From an uncultured Bacillota bacterium (GTDB lineage Bacteria > Sysuimicrobiota > Sysuimicrobiia > Sysuimicrobiales > Segetimicrobiaceae), in NCBI GenBank assembly GCA_963804645.1, contig CAWDRG010000019.1, positions 245,227 to 309,226 on the forward strand: a stretch of 64,000 nucleotides of DNA, in the 5' to 3' direction. Shown piece by piece: positions 31,738 through 41,724 of this stretch. The notes under the pieces are model-generated. The model made no database searches. It was not told the DNA's origin and worked only from the letters and a program-made list of their open reading frames with translations. Positions within the stretch are counted from its first letter, which is position 1. Each line of letters starts with the position of its first letter. The translations under genes and the position numbers were made by a program.

Positions 31738-32613
31738 GTGACTTCCGGCGTCCTCCGCGACGGAGAGCCCGTCCTCCTGATTGACCGCCGCGGCCGGCGC
31801 TATCTCATCGCGCTCAAGGCCGGCGGCACGAGCGACCTGCGCGGCGGCAAGATCCCCCACGACGACCTGCTGGGCTACGAGGAAGGCGGGACGGTCAAGT
31901 CGACGCGCGGGGAGCGGTTCCTCGTCGTCCGGCCGACGCTCGCGGAGTTCGTGCTCGAGATGCCGCGAGGCGCGCAGGTGATCTACCCCAAGGATCTCGG
32001 CACGATCGTGCTGCTGGCGGATGTCTTTGGCGGCGCGCGCGTGCTGGAAGCGGGCACGGGCTCGGGCGCCCTGACGATGGCGCTCCTCCGGGCCGTCGGC
32101 CCTTCCGGGCGGGTCGTCAGCTACGAACTGCGGGAGGACTTCGCGCGGGTGGCGGCGCGCAACATTCACCGGTACCTCGGTGCCGCCGACGCGCTGCTGA
32201 CCCGGCAGCAGGACGTGTACGAGGCGATTCTGCCGGAGGATCGGCCGCTCGACCGCATCCTGCTTGACGTGCCCGAGCCCTGGCGGGTCGTGCCCCACGC
32301 GGCCGACGCCCTGGTGCCGGGCGGGATCGTGCTGGCATACGTGCCGACGGTCCCGCAGGCGCAGCAGATGGTAGAGACGCTCAGGGGCTCCGGGATGTTC
32401 GCGCTCGTCGAAACGCTCGAGGTGCTGCTGCGGCCGTGGAACATCGACGGCCGCAGTGTGCGCCCGGCCCACCGCATGGTCGCACACACCGGCTTTCTTG
32501 TGCTCGCGAGACGCGTACAGCAGGGCGCCGCATCACTCCACCGTCCAGCCGCGGGCGCGGAGCCGGACGCCGGGGACGCGGAGTCCGAGGATGTGGCGAC
32601 GGACGCGCCGTAG
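31738..32613 (+). CDS. trmI: tRNA (adenine58-N1)-methyltransferase
   Basis: MPRGAQVIYPKD, VLEAGTGSGAL, LDVPEPW, RPAHRMVAHTGFL. Confidence 0.93.
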   Translation: MTSGVLRDGEPVLLIDRRGRRYLIALKAGGTSDLRGGKIPHDDLLGYEEGGTVKSTRGERFLVVRPTLAEFVLEMPRGAQVIYPKDLGTIVLLADVFGGARVLEAGTGSGALTMALLRAVGPSGRVVSYELREDFARVAARNIHRYLGAADALLTRQQDVYEAILPEDRPLDRILLDVPEPWRVVPHAADALVPGGIVLAYVPTVPQAQQMVETLRGSGMFALVETLEVLLRPWNIDGRSVRPAHRMVAHTGFLVLARRVQQGAASLHRPAAGAEPDAGDAESEDVATDAP

Positions 32614-32714
32614 CGTTTAGGGGGAGGTCGCCAGCGCGCGGGTGTGGCCGCGCCCGCGGGCCGAAGACAAGAGGGCCTATCCGTTCCGGGCACACCCGCA
32701 CGGGAGGAGCGTGG

Positions 32715-33182
32715 ATGGCGAGCGCGGCGGCGCGGTGGGGACGGTTCCTGCTCGGCCTCCTGAGCCTGCTGTGTGTGGTGTTTCTCGTGGTCAGGTTGCG
32801 CCCGCGGAAGGTCGCCGAGTTCAACAGAACCGCCACCAATCGGATCACGAGCCGATTCGCTGCTCGACTCCCGGGGTTTGGTATCGTGACGCACGTGGGG
32901 CGGAAGTCAGGGCGGCTCTACCGCACACCGGTGAACGTCTTTCGAGTGCCCGAGGGGTGTCTGATCGCGCTCACGTACGGGCGAGAAAGCGAGTGGGTCA
33001 AGAACGTCGTCGCCACGGGCGGGTGCGAGATCGAAACGCAGGGCGTCGTGTATCGACTCTGCACGCCGGTGGTCGTGCACGACCCCACCCGACGCCAGTT
33101 TCCGCCCCCCGTGCGCGTGGCTCTGTGGCTTGTGGGCGCGACGGACTACTTGAGACTGTCGACCTGCTCGCCGGCCTCGTAG
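32715..33182 (+). CDS. Deazaflavin-dependent nitroreductase-family (DDN-like) oxidoreductase
   Basis: HVGRKSGRLYRTPV, IALTYG..SEWVKNV.A.GG; GGAGGAG RBS. Confidence 0.82.
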   Translation: MASAAARWGRFLLGLLSLLCVVFLVVRLRPRKVAEFNRTATNRITSRFAARLPGFGIVTHVGRKSGRLYRTPVNVFRVPEGCLIALTYGRESEWVKNVVATGGCEIETQGVVYRLCTPVVVHDPTRRQFPPPVRVALWLVGATDYLRLSTCSPAS

Positions 33183-33273
33183 ACCGAGCGAGCCGCGTCG
33201 ACCGATTAGCGGGCGGTGCCCGTTCTCCTCGGGACTCCTGTGGCGTGCCGGCAGATCGTCGAGAGTCGCTTCG

Positions 33274-33783
33274 TTACCTCGTCGGAATACCTTGGAGCGC
33301 TCGCAAGTACATGATCTGGCCTGCGTGATAGGTATCGTGGGTTGTTGTTCGGATCAGGCGTACCGCCAACGGTCGAGTCGCTCCGTCGTTGTACCAGACA
33401 ATCCGCTTTGAGAGATCTTCATCATCGAGCGCCCGCACGCGGGTCAGGAACTCGGCGGAGATATCAAGCAGGGTTCGGCGATCCCGCTCCCAGTCCACTT
33501 CGCTTCCGCTGACCTCCTGCCAGTCGTTGGCGCGAAGCGTGTCCTCATCGGGCGGATACCCATCCCATGCGTGGAGGATCCCGCGGTTCCAGAGGGTCAG
33601 GTGGTTGACGATCTGCCAGATCGAATGTCGCAGTAGCGCGGGCTTCCACGCCGCCTCCGGAGCTGTCAGTCCACGGAGCGCCTCGCTGAGCGGAGGTTGT
33701 GCGGCGCTCTTGTGGTCCAGCGTGCTCTGCACGTGATGGACAACTAGCTCCTTGAGGGTCAGTGTGATTCCGGAGCGGTTCAT
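33274..33783 (-). CDS. DinB-family protein
   Basis: L.GLTA.EAAWKP...HSIWQIVNHL..W, H..YHAGQI. Confidence 0.82.
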   Translation of the reverse strand: MNRSGITLTLKELVVHHVQSTLDHKSAAQPPLSEALRGLTAPEAAWKPALLRHSIWQIVNHLTLWNRGILHAWDGYPPDEDTLRANDWQEVSGSEVDWERDRRTLLDISAEFLTRVRALDDEDLSKRIVWYNDGATRPLAVRLIRTTTHDTYHAGQIMYLRALQGIPTR

Positions 33784-33874
33784 CCCTTCACCCCAACGCA
33801 AACAGTTTCGACTCCCGCCGCGCGACCAAGCGGCGATGACATCAAAAACCTCTGCGGGGTGCGTCGGCGGAGGA

Positions 33875-34243
33875 TCAAGACATCGCGGATCGCGCATGAT
33901 GTCTTGCGAGCGATACCCCCGCCGAGGCATGTCGCTCGACGATGACTCGCGGATTCAAACCCAGCGCGACCAGCCCCAGAGAGACGCGGTACAGGCCGAT
34001 CACCGCGACCGAGACGCCCGCCCAGAGCTGCGGTCGGTGTCGGCTCCGCATGCCGGACCCAATGACCGGCATGCCCACTTGGAAGACGATCAAGCCGCCT
34101 ACGACTCTCGTCCAGAAGATGACGTGGTTGTAGTTCGTGTGCCGCAGTGGAGCCGCGGCGGCAAGGATGCCCACGATGACGAGGGTTGCGGCCAGCCAGA
34201 AGAGCGCCTCTGTCCGGGCGATGCACATGTCGGTTTCCCGCAA
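33875..34243 (-). CDS. Hypothetical small membrane protein (three hydrophobic segments), 5' end next to the IS5
   Basis: Hydrophobic stretches only; start uncertain; no family recognised. Confidence 0.4.
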   Translation of the reverse strand: MRETDMCIARTEALFWLAATLVIVGILAAAAPLRHTNYNHVIFWTRVVGGLIVFQVGMPVIGSGMRSRHRPQLWAGVSVAVIGLYRVSLGLVALGLNPRVIVERHASAGVSLARHHARSAMS

Positions 34244-34274
34244 ACGCCAGGCCGGAGCGCGAACCTCCCCCTAG

Positions 34275-35604
34275 CAGGATGCTGAAAAAGCAGGTATTTG
34301 GATGTTCATATAGAATGATACTCTGTCGCGTCTCACCCTCATTCGCACTCCTCCCTCGGAGGTGCCACGATGCGCGGAGACGATCGGCAGCAGGAAGGCA
34401 TGTTCAGTTACCTCTCCCCGGAAGCGCGCGTCCCGCAGGATCATCCGTTGCGCGCGATCCGGGGCATGGTCGACGAGGTGCTGCATGCAGTTGTCGCCCA
34501 CGTTCGCCAAGCTCTATTCGCAGATTGGGCCGGCCGTCGATCCCGCCGGAGAAGCTGCTGCGGGCGTTGCTCGTGCAGGTGTTCTACACGGTGCGCAGTG
34601 AGCGGCAATTGATGGAGCAACTGGATTACAATTTGCTGTTCCGCTGGTTCGTCGGGTTGAACATGGATGAGCCGGTCTGGGACCCGACGACGTTCACCAA
34701 GAACCGCCAGCGGCTGCTCGACGGCGATATCGCCCAGGCCTTCTTCACGCGCGTGCTGGCCCAAGCGCGGGAGCGGGACCTGCTGTCGGAGGAGCACTTC
34801 ACGGTCGACGGGACGCTCATGGAAGCGTGGGCGGGCCTGAAGAGCTTTCGCCCCAAGGACGAGGACCCGACCGACCAGCCGCCGCCGGATGATCCGGGGA
34901 ATCCGACCGTCAACTTCCACGGCCAGCGCCGGAGCAATGCCACGCATCAGTCGACGACGGATCCCGAGGCGCGCTTGCAGCGCAAGGGCAACGGCCGGGA
35001 GGCGAAGCTGTACTATATGGGCCACGTGCTGATGGAGAACCGCCATGGCTTGGTGGTGCGGGCCCAGGCGACCGCGGCGACGGGCACGGCGGAACGGGAC
35101 ACGGCGGAAGAGCTGCTCGAGCAGGTGGCCGGCGAGCGCCGCGTGACGGTCGGCGCGGACAAAGGCTTCGACACCGCGGAATTCGTCCAAGCCCTGCGCG
35201 ACTTGGACGTCACGCCGCACATTGCGCAGAACACCAGCAAGCGGCGCAGTGCCATCGATCTGCGGACCACCCGGCATCCCGGCTATGCGATCAGTCAACG
35301 CATCCGCAAGCGGGTGGAAGAGATCTTCGGCTGGCTGAAGACCGTCGGGCTGATGCGCAAGCTGCACCATCGCGGCACCGATCGGGTGGACTGGATGTTC
35401 GTGTTTGCCTGTGCGATCTACAACCTGGTGCGGATCCGCAATCTCCAGGAGGCACTCGCATGAGGGCGCCGCACCGCGGTGCGATGTCGAGGCCGCACGG
35501 AGCGCGCGGAACTCGCGCAAGCAGATCCGAGGAACTTCAGTTGACATGATCACTCCCGAACCGGGCACGATGATTAGTCATAAACACGTTTTTTCCGCGG
35601 CCTG
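34275..35604 (+). mobile_element. IS5/IS1182-like insertion sequence
   Basis: TIRs CAGGATGCTGAAAAA (34275-34289) / TTTTTCCGCGGCCTG (35590-35604), 12/15 match; CTAG TSD at 34271-34274 and 35605-35608. Confidence 0.88.
34370..35463 (+). CDS. IS5-family transposase (two frameshifts at ~34485 and ~34528)
   Basis: MRGDD..Q..MFSY...E.RVP.DHPLR, GRPSIPPEKLLRA, VDGTL, GADKGFD, RKRVEEIFGWLK. Confidence 0.88.
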
Positions 35605-36783
35605 CTAGACGCGTTCGACGGCGAGGCTGACCGCCTCGCCGCCGCCCAGGCACACCGCCGCGACCCCGCGCCGGACCTGGCGTTCCTGCATCGTATACAA
35701 CAGCGTCGTCAGAATCCGCGCCCCGCTCGCGCCGACCGGATGCCCCAACGCGACCGCGCCGCCGTGGACGTTGATCCGATCGAGATCGAGGCCGGCCTTT
35801 TGCGCGACCCCGAGCACGACGACCGCGTAGGCTTCGTTGATCTCGTAGAGATCGACGTCGTCCTTCGCCCAGCCGATCTTCTTCAGTAGCCGCTCGATCG
35901 CCCCGGCCGGCGCGATCGTGAACCACTCTGGCGCCGTGGCGAAGACCGCCTGGCCGACGATGCGGGCGATCGGCTGGGCGCCGAGCCGCCGGGCCGCGTC
36001 CGCGGACGCCACGACCACCGCGGAAGCGCCGTCGCTGATCGAGGACGCGTTGGCCACGGTGACGCTGCCGCCTTCCTCGAAGGCCGACCGCAGGGTCGCC
36101 ATCTTGTCGGGGCTGAACCGCCGCGGTTCCTCGTCCTCGGTGACGCGGCGCGCGGGCCCGCGGCCGTTGCCCACCTCGACCGGGACGATCTCGCGTGCGA
36201 ACCGGCCCGAGTCCATCGCCGCGATCGCCCGCGTGTAGCTGCGCACCGCGAACGCGTCCTGGTCCGCGCGGGAGATCCGGTACTCGCGCGCGAGCAGCTC
36301 GGCGCAGTTGCCCATGAGCTGATCGGTGAACGCGTCGCACAATCCGTCGCGGACCATCGAGTCGACGAGCGCGCCGTTCCCGAAGCGGTAGCCGGTCCGG
36401 GCCTGTTCGAGCAGGTACGGCGCCCGGCTCATGTTCTCCATCCCGCCGGCCACCACGACCTCGGCATCGCCGGCCTGGATCGCCTGCGCCGCGAGCATCA
36501 CCGCTTTGAGCCCGGAGCCGCACATCTTGTTGACGGTCGTCGCCGGCACCGTGTTGGGGAGCCCGGCGAAGATGGAGGCCTGCCGTGCGGGCGCCTGGCC
36601 GACGCCTGCGGCGAGAATAATGCCCATGTAGACTTCGTCGACCTGGTCCGGGGGCACCGCGGCACGGCGCAGCGCGTCCGCGATCGCCGCGCTGCCGAGG
36701 CGAGGCGCGGGGACCGAGGACAGGGCTCCCTGAAACCGCCCGATCGGGGTCCGCACCGCACCGAGGATTACCGTTTCACGCAT
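35605..36783 (-). CDS. Acetyl-CoA C-acetyltransferase (thiolase)
   Basis: RTPIG.F, NKMCGSG, GGMENMS, EINEA, GGAVALGHPVGASG, CLGGG. Confidence 0.94.
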   Translation of the reverse strand: MRETVILGAVRTPIGRFQGALSSVPAPRLGSAAIADALRRAAVPPDQVDEVYMGIILAAGVGQAPARQASIFAGLPNTVPATTVNKMCGSGLKAVMLAAQAIQAGDAEVVVAGGMENMSRAPYLLEQARTGYRFGNGALVDSMVRDGLCDAFTDQLMGNCAELLAREYRISRADQDAFAVRSYTRAIAAMDSGRFAREIVPVEVGNGRGPARRVTEDEEPRRFSPDKMATLRSAFEEGGSVTVANASSISDGASAVVVASADAARRLGAQPIARIVGQAVFATAPEWFTIAPAGAIERLLKKIGWAKDDVDLYEINEAYAVVVLGVAQKAGLDLDRINVHGGAVALGHPVGASGARILTTLLYTMQERQVRRGVAAVCLGGGEAVSLAVERV

Positions 36784-36865
36784 CTGCACCGCCTCCTGTA
36801 TGCGCCAACGTTAGACGTGGCTCCGGTGATTCCCTTGGCGCGCCGCGCGGTGCGGCGCCCGTTCG

Positions 36866-36895
36866 TTGACACTCCTCCGCGGGCCGTGCTATCGT
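36866..36895 (+). promoter_or_regulatory. Putative sigma70 promoter for the lysA operon
   Basis: TTGACA-N18-TATCGT with a TG extended -10. Confidence 0.5.
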
Positions 36896-36951
36896 GTCGA
36901 TGCCGGCCTGCGTTTCACGGGCCGGCGTGCGCGTGTCGACGGGGGTGGCGG

Positions 36952-38280
36952 GTGGCGAGTCAATCGGTGACGGACGGCCGGCAGGCGGTGCTCCTCGGAG
37001 AGGCGCGCGGCGGCACGCTCGTCATCGGCGGGGTCGCGGCGCCCGATCTCGCCCGCGAGTTCGGCACGCCGCTGTACGTGATGGACGAGACGCGGGTGCG
37101 CGGCCGCTGCCGCAGTTACGTGGCGGCGCTGCGGGAGCGGTACGCGAACACCCAGGTGGTGTTTGCGAGTAAGGCGTTCTGCTGCATGGCGATGTGCCGG
37201 CTGGCGCACGACGAGGGCCTGTACGTCGACGTCGTCTCGCCCGGCGAACTCGCCACGGCGGTCCGCGCCGGCGTGCCCGCCTCCCACCTGCTGCTGCACG
37301 GCAACAACAAGACGGCCGACGAACTGCGCGAGGCGCTCGGGGTCGGCGTCGGCCGGATCGTGGTCGACAACTTCTACGACCTCGAACTGCTCGACGCACT
37401 GACGCGCGAGACGGGCCGCACCGCGGACGTGCTGCTGCGTCTCACGCCCGGGATCGAGCCGCACACGCACCGGGCGATCCAGACCGGCGGCGTCGACAGC
37501 AAGTTCGGATTCGGCATGCTCGACGGGACCGCGCGCGAGGCGGTGGCGCGCACGCTCGACGTCCCGGGCGTGCGCCTCCGGGGCCTCCACTGCCACATCG
37601 GGTCCCAGATCTTCGATCTCGAGCCGTTCGTCCAGGCTGCGGCGGCGCTGATGGAGTTCGCGGGGTGGATGGCCCGCGACCGCCGGGTGGTGATCGAGGA
37701 CCTCAACGTCGGCGGGGGACCCGGGGTCCGCTATCTGCCCGGGGACCGGCCGCTCGGGATCGACGCGTACGCGGCCGCGGTGACCGAGGTGGTCAGCCGC
37801 CGCGCCCGGGAGCAGGGGCTGCCGCTTCCGCGCCTGCTGGTCGAGCCGGGGCGCTCGATCGTCGGCGACGCCGGGGCGACTCTCTACCGGGTGGGCGCGA
37901 TCAAGCCGATCCGCGACGTGCGCACCTACGTATCGGTCGACGGCGGCATGTACGAGAATCCGCGCACCGCCCTGTACCAGGCGCGGTACCAGAGCGTGCT
38001 CGCGGAACGCCTCGATGAGCCGTGCACTGCGACGGTGACGATCGCCGGGCGGTGCTGTGAGTCGGGCGATGTGCTGATCTGGGATGCCGTGCTGCCCGAG
38101 CCGCACGCGGGCGACCTCCTCGCCGTGTTCAGCACGGGCGCCTATAACTATTCGATGGCCAGCAACTACAACCGGTACCCGCGTCCCGCGGTGGTGTTCG
38201 CGGCGGACGGGCGCGCGCGCGTGGTCGTGCAGCGGGAGACGGTCGACGACGTGCTGGCCCGTGATGTCCCCCCGGCGTAG
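36952..38280 (+). CDS. lysA: Diaminopimelate decarboxylase
   Basis: GTPLYV.D, FASKAF, HGNNK, SKFG, HCHIGSQI, EPGRSI, CESGD, GAYNYSMASNYN. Confidence 0.95.
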   Translation: MASQSVTDGRQAVLLGEARGGTLVIGGVAAPDLAREFGTPLYVMDETRVRGRCRSYVAALRERYANTQVVFASKAFCCMAMCRLAHDEGLYVDVVSPGELATAVRAGVPASHLLLHGNNKTADELREALGVGVGRIVVDNFYDLELLDALTRETGRTADVLLRLTPGIEPHTHRAIQTGGVDSKFGFGMLDGTAREAVARTLDVPGVRLRGLHCHIGSQIFDLEPFVQAAAALMEFAGWMARDRRVVIEDLNVGGGPGVRYLPGDRPLGIDAYAAAVTEVVSRRAREQGLPLPRLLVEPGRSIVGDAGATLYRVGAIKPIRDVRTYVSVDGGMYENPRTALYQARYQSVLAERLDEPCTATVTIAGRCCESGDVLIWDAVLPEPHAGDLLAVFSTGAYNYSMASNYNRYPRPAVVFAADGRARVVVQRETVDDVLARDVPPA

Positions 38281-38304
38281 CCGCCGCCCCGGACGGTCCT
38301 GTCG

Positions 38305-38928
38305 ATGCTGACTGGACGGTTTTCTGACCCGCTGTCGATCGTGCTGCTGCTCGCGGCCGTGACGGTCGCGACGACGTGCCACGAGTTTGCCCACGCGTTC
38401 GTGGCGGACCGGCTCGGCGATCCCACCGCGCGCCAGTTGGGCCGGCTGAGCCTCAACCCGCTCGTGCACGCCGATATCCTGGGCACGCTGTGCTTTGTGC
38501 TCTTCGGATTCGGATGGGCGAAGCCCGTCCCCGTCAACCCGCGCAACTTCGCGAATCCCCGGCAGGGGATGCTGCAGGTGGCGATCGCGGGTCCGCTCGC
38601 CAACCTCACCGTAGCCGCGATCGTCGGCGTGCTCGCCCGCACGTTTGTGCCGCCGACGGCGTCGCTCGTCCTGGAGCTCCTCGCGATCATCGCGTGGATT
38701 AACGTGATTCTCGCGGTGTTCAACATGATCCCGGTCCCGCCGCTCGACGGCTCCCGGGTCGTCGAAGCGGTGCTGCCCCTCCAGCAGGCGTACGCGTACG
38801 CGCGCCTCCAGCCGTACGGCATGCTCGTCCTGTTCGTCCTGCTCTACCTCGGGGTCGTGGGCCGCGTGCTGCTCCCCGTCGCCGGATGGCTGTACGGGGT
38901 CACGACCGGCGGACTCGGCGGGCCGTGA
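38305..38928 (+). CDS. Site-2 protease (M50 family)
   Basis: HEFAH, GRLSLNP, GWAKPVP, AGPLAN, FNMIPVPPLDGS. Confidence 0.92.
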   Translation: MLTGRFSDPLSIVLLLAAVTVATTCHEFAHAFVADRLGDPTARQLGRLSLNPLVHADILGTLCFVLFGFGWAKPVPVNPRNFANPRQGMLQVAIAGPLANLTVAAIVGVLARTFVPPTASLVLELLAIIAWINVILAVFNMIPVPPLDGSRVVEAVLPLQQAYAYARLQPYGMLVLFVLLYLGVVGRVLLPVAGWLYGVTTGGLGGP

Positions 38929-38970
38929 GCCCGGGGGCGCGGGACTCCTCGAAAGAAGGCGCGTGCGCGA

Positions 38971-38997
38971 GCAGGAACCAGACGATCTACGGAGAAT
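38971..38997 (+). promoter_or_regulatory. Possible SigH-like promoter upstream of scpAB
   Basis: GCAGGA-N17-GAAT, matching Bacillus SigH-type spacing. Confidence 0.35.
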
Positions 38998-39074
38998 AGG
39001 CAGCGAGCACACCGGGACAGGCCAAGAGACGCAGCAGCGGTTCGTGACACTTTGTTCGTCGCAGCGATCGGAGG

Positions 39075-39803
39075 ATGGGTGTGGCCTATCAGGTGCATTG
39101 TACGGCGTTTGAGGGCCCGCTTGACCTATTAGTGAGCCTCGCGTACCGCGGTCAGGTCGACCTGCAGGACGTTCCTCTCCGAACGATCGCCGAAGAGTTT
39201 CTCGCCGAGGTGCGCGCGATGCCGGATCTTGACGCGGCGTCCGAGACCCTCGTCCAGCTCGCGGTCCTCACCGACCTCAAGGCCCGCACGCTCGTGCCGA
39301 AGGCCCCTCCCGCAGACACGCCGCCCGCCGCAGAGGACGCGGGTCCGTCGGACCTTGGCGAGCGGCTCGGCGCCCAGATGGCCGAATACCTCCAGTTCCG
39401 GGAAGCCGCCCAGGCACTGCGCGTCCTCGAAGATCTCCAGAGCCGCGTGTTCGCGAGGCCCGGGGACGCCCGCGAGCCGGAGGGAGACGTGCTGCTCGAC
39501 GGGGTGACCCTCCAGGATCTGTTCACCGCGTTCGCCCAGGTCCTGAGGAGGGCGGCGGAGGCCCCGGGCGAGATCGCCGGCGAGCGCTTCACCGTGGGGG
39601 AAAAGATGGACGTGGTCCTCGCCATGCTCCGGACGGCCGGCGGGACCCTCCCGTTCGGGGTGCTGTTCCGCGAGGGCGCGAGCCGCCTCGAGATCATCGT
39701 GACGTTCCTGGCGCTCTTGGAGTTGATCAAGCAGCGGCGCATCCGTGCGAGACAGGCGCAGGCGTTCGGCGAGATCGAAGTCATGCTGGCGGAGGCGTCA
39801 TGA
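39075..39803 (+). CDS. scpA: Segregation/condensation protein A (kleisin)
   Basis: FEGPLDLL, KARTL.P, IVTFLALLEL.K. Confidence 0.94.
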   Translation: MGVAYQVHCTAFEGPLDLLVSLAYRGQVDLQDVPLRTIAEEFLAEVRAMPDLDAASETLVQLAVLTDLKARTLVPKAPPADTPPAAEDAGPSDLGERLGAQMAEYLQFREAAQALRVLEDLQSRVFARPGDAREPEGDVLLDGVTLQDLFTAFAQVLRRAAEAPGEIAGERFTVGEKMDVVLAMLRTAGGTLPFGVLFREGASRLEIIVTFLALLELIKQRRIRARQAQAFGEIEVMLAEAS

Positions 39804-40456
39804 GCGACGCGGACGCACGACACCACGACGACGGCCCGCTTGGTGTGGGGAACGGCCATGGGATCGCTCTCGATGGGGCGCAGCACGCCTCGGATCCCCA
39901 GCGCGACCGGCATCACGAGGGTAACACCGAGGTGCGGAACGCGCTCGAGTGCCTGCTGCTGACCAAAGGAGGCCCGATTCGGGTCGCCGAACTCAAAAAG
40001 GTGCTCGACGTCGGGGAAGCGGAGATCCGGGCGACGCTCGCGGCGCTGCAGGTCGAGTACGACGGCCGCGGACTGCAGATCCAGGAGGTGGCCGGGGGCT
40101 ACCAGCTGTGCACCCGTCCGGCCTACGGCGCCTACGTGCAGCGCCTCCTCCGGATGGAGGAGCTGGAACCGCTGACCCGTGCCACCCTCGAGGTGCTCGC
40201 GATCGTGGCGTACCGGCAGCCGATGACCCGCGCCGAGTTGGACGCGGTCCGGGGCGTGCAGTCGGCGCACCATCTGACCAAGCTCCAGGACAGGCGGCTG
40301 CTCCGCGAACTCGGCCGGCGGCCGGGGCCGGGCCGGCCGATTCTGTACGGGACGACGGAGGGGTTCCTGCGCTACTTCGGGCTCAAGGATCTCGGATCAC
40401 TGCCACTCCTGGGGGCTCATGACCGCCCAACCATTCTTCCGACGCCGGCTTCTTAG
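39800..40456 (+). CDS. scpB: Segregation/condensation protein B
   Basis: EVAGGYQL.T, LEVLAIVAYRQP.TR, RGV, GRPILYGTT..FL.YFGL. Confidence 0.94.
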   Translation: MSDADARHHDDGPLGVGNGHGIALDGAQHASDPQRDRHHEGNTEVRNALECLLLTKGGPIRVAELKKVLDVGEAEIRATLAALQVEYDGRGLQIQEVAGGYQLCTRPAYGAYVQRLLRMEELEPLTRATLEVLAIVAYRQPMTRAELDAVRGVQSAHHLTKLQDRRLLRELGRRPGPGRPILYGTTEGFLRYFGLKDLGSLPLLGAHDRPTILPTPAS

Positions 40457-41711
40457 GCGACTCGCCGCCGTCGTGGCGGCCGGGCTCATGCTGCCGCTCG
40501 CCGGGGGCGGCGCCTCCGGCGCGACGCTGGTCCGCCCATGGCTGTTCCGCGCGTACCGGTACGAACAGCCGGCCACGTCTCCCGTCCGGGTGACCGCGAC
40601 CGCCGCCTTGGTGATGGACGCCCGGAGCGGCCAGGTGCTGTACAGCCGGAACGCGCACCTGATCTGGCCCCCGGCCAGCACGACGAAGATCCTCACCGCG
40701 CTTGTGGCGCTGCACCGGATGTCGCTGAACACCCCGATCACCGTGTCGCCCGAGGTCGCGCGGTTCCGCGTCGGCTCGGTGGTCGGCCTGCCCGCGGGGG
40801 CCCGGATCTCGCTGCATGACCTGCTGTACGGACTGATGCTGCCGTCCGGGAACGACGTCGCGCTGGCGATCGCCGAGGGTGTGGCCGGGACGGTGTCGGC
40901 GTTCGTCGCGCAGATGAACGACGAGGCGTATCGTCTCGGGGCGCGGCAGACCCACTTCACCTCGCCGCACGGGTTGTACGACCCCAACCACTACACCACC
41001 GTGTACGATCTCGCGCTGATCGCCCGGGCGGCGATGGCAGACCCGACGTTTCGGGACATCGTACGCACCGAGCGGTGGACGTTCCGACCGCCGGGCGCGC
41101 GGGCGCGGGTCCTGTACAACCATAACCGCATGCTGTGGTGGTATCCTGGCGCCGACGGGGTCAAGACAGGGTACGTCGACATGTCCGGGGAGACACTCGT
41201 CGAGTCCGCGACCCGGAACGGCTGGCGGCTGATCGTGGTGGAGTTCCACAGCGGAGATATGTGGGGAGACGCGTCACGCCTGCTCAACTACGGGTTCGAC
41301 CACTACCGCGCGGTCGAGCTCGCCCATCCGGGCGAGGAGATGGCGGCGATCCAGCTGCCCGGCACCCAATCGGTGGTCGTGGGGGTCGTCCCGGAAGCTG
41401 TGTACGCTGCGGTGAGCGGGTCGAAGGCGCCGGTGCGGCGCGTCACGATCGAGCGGCACCTGATGCTGCCGGTGCGCCCGGGAGAGCGGCTCGGGACCGT
41501 CGACTTCTATGAATCGGGTCAGCTGCTCCAGTCGGCGCCGATCGTAGCCGTGTCCCGGATCGGCGCGGACATGGACCAGGGCGTGCAGAATCCTCTCGCG
41601 CGTGCGTTCGGTTGGGTGGGGCGAATGGTGGAGGGTGTCGTGGGGGCGGCCGCGGTAACGGGCACGCCGCGGGCGCGGAAGGTCGGGATGTCCCGCGCGG
41701 CGCCCGACTGA
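40419..41711 (+). CDS. D-alanyl-D-alanine carboxypeptidase (S11)
   Basis: Signal peptide; SxxK (ASTTK), SxN (SGN), PHGL, KTG. Confidence 0.92.
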   Translation: MTAQPFFRRRLLRRLAAVVAAGLMLPLAGGGASGATLVRPWLFRAYRYEQPATSPVRVTATAALVMDARSGQVLYSRNAHLIWPPASTTKILTALVALHRMSLNTPITVSPEVARFRVGSVVGLPAGARISLHDLLYGLMLPSGNDVALAIAEGVAGTVSAFVAQMNDEAYRLGARQTHFTSPHGLYDPNHYTTVYDLALIARAAMADPTFRDIVRTERWTFRPPGARARVLYNHNRMLWWYPGADGVKTGYVDMSGETLVESATRNGWRLIVVEFHSGDMWGDASRLLNYGFDHYRAVELAHPGEEMAAIQLPGTQSVVVGVVPEAVYAAVSGSKAPVRRVTIERHLMLPVRPGERLGTVDFYESGQLLQSAPIVAVSRIGADMDQGVQNPLARAFGWVGRMVEGVVGAAAVTGTPRARKVGMSRAAPD

Positions 41712-41724
41712 GCCGCGACGGGTC

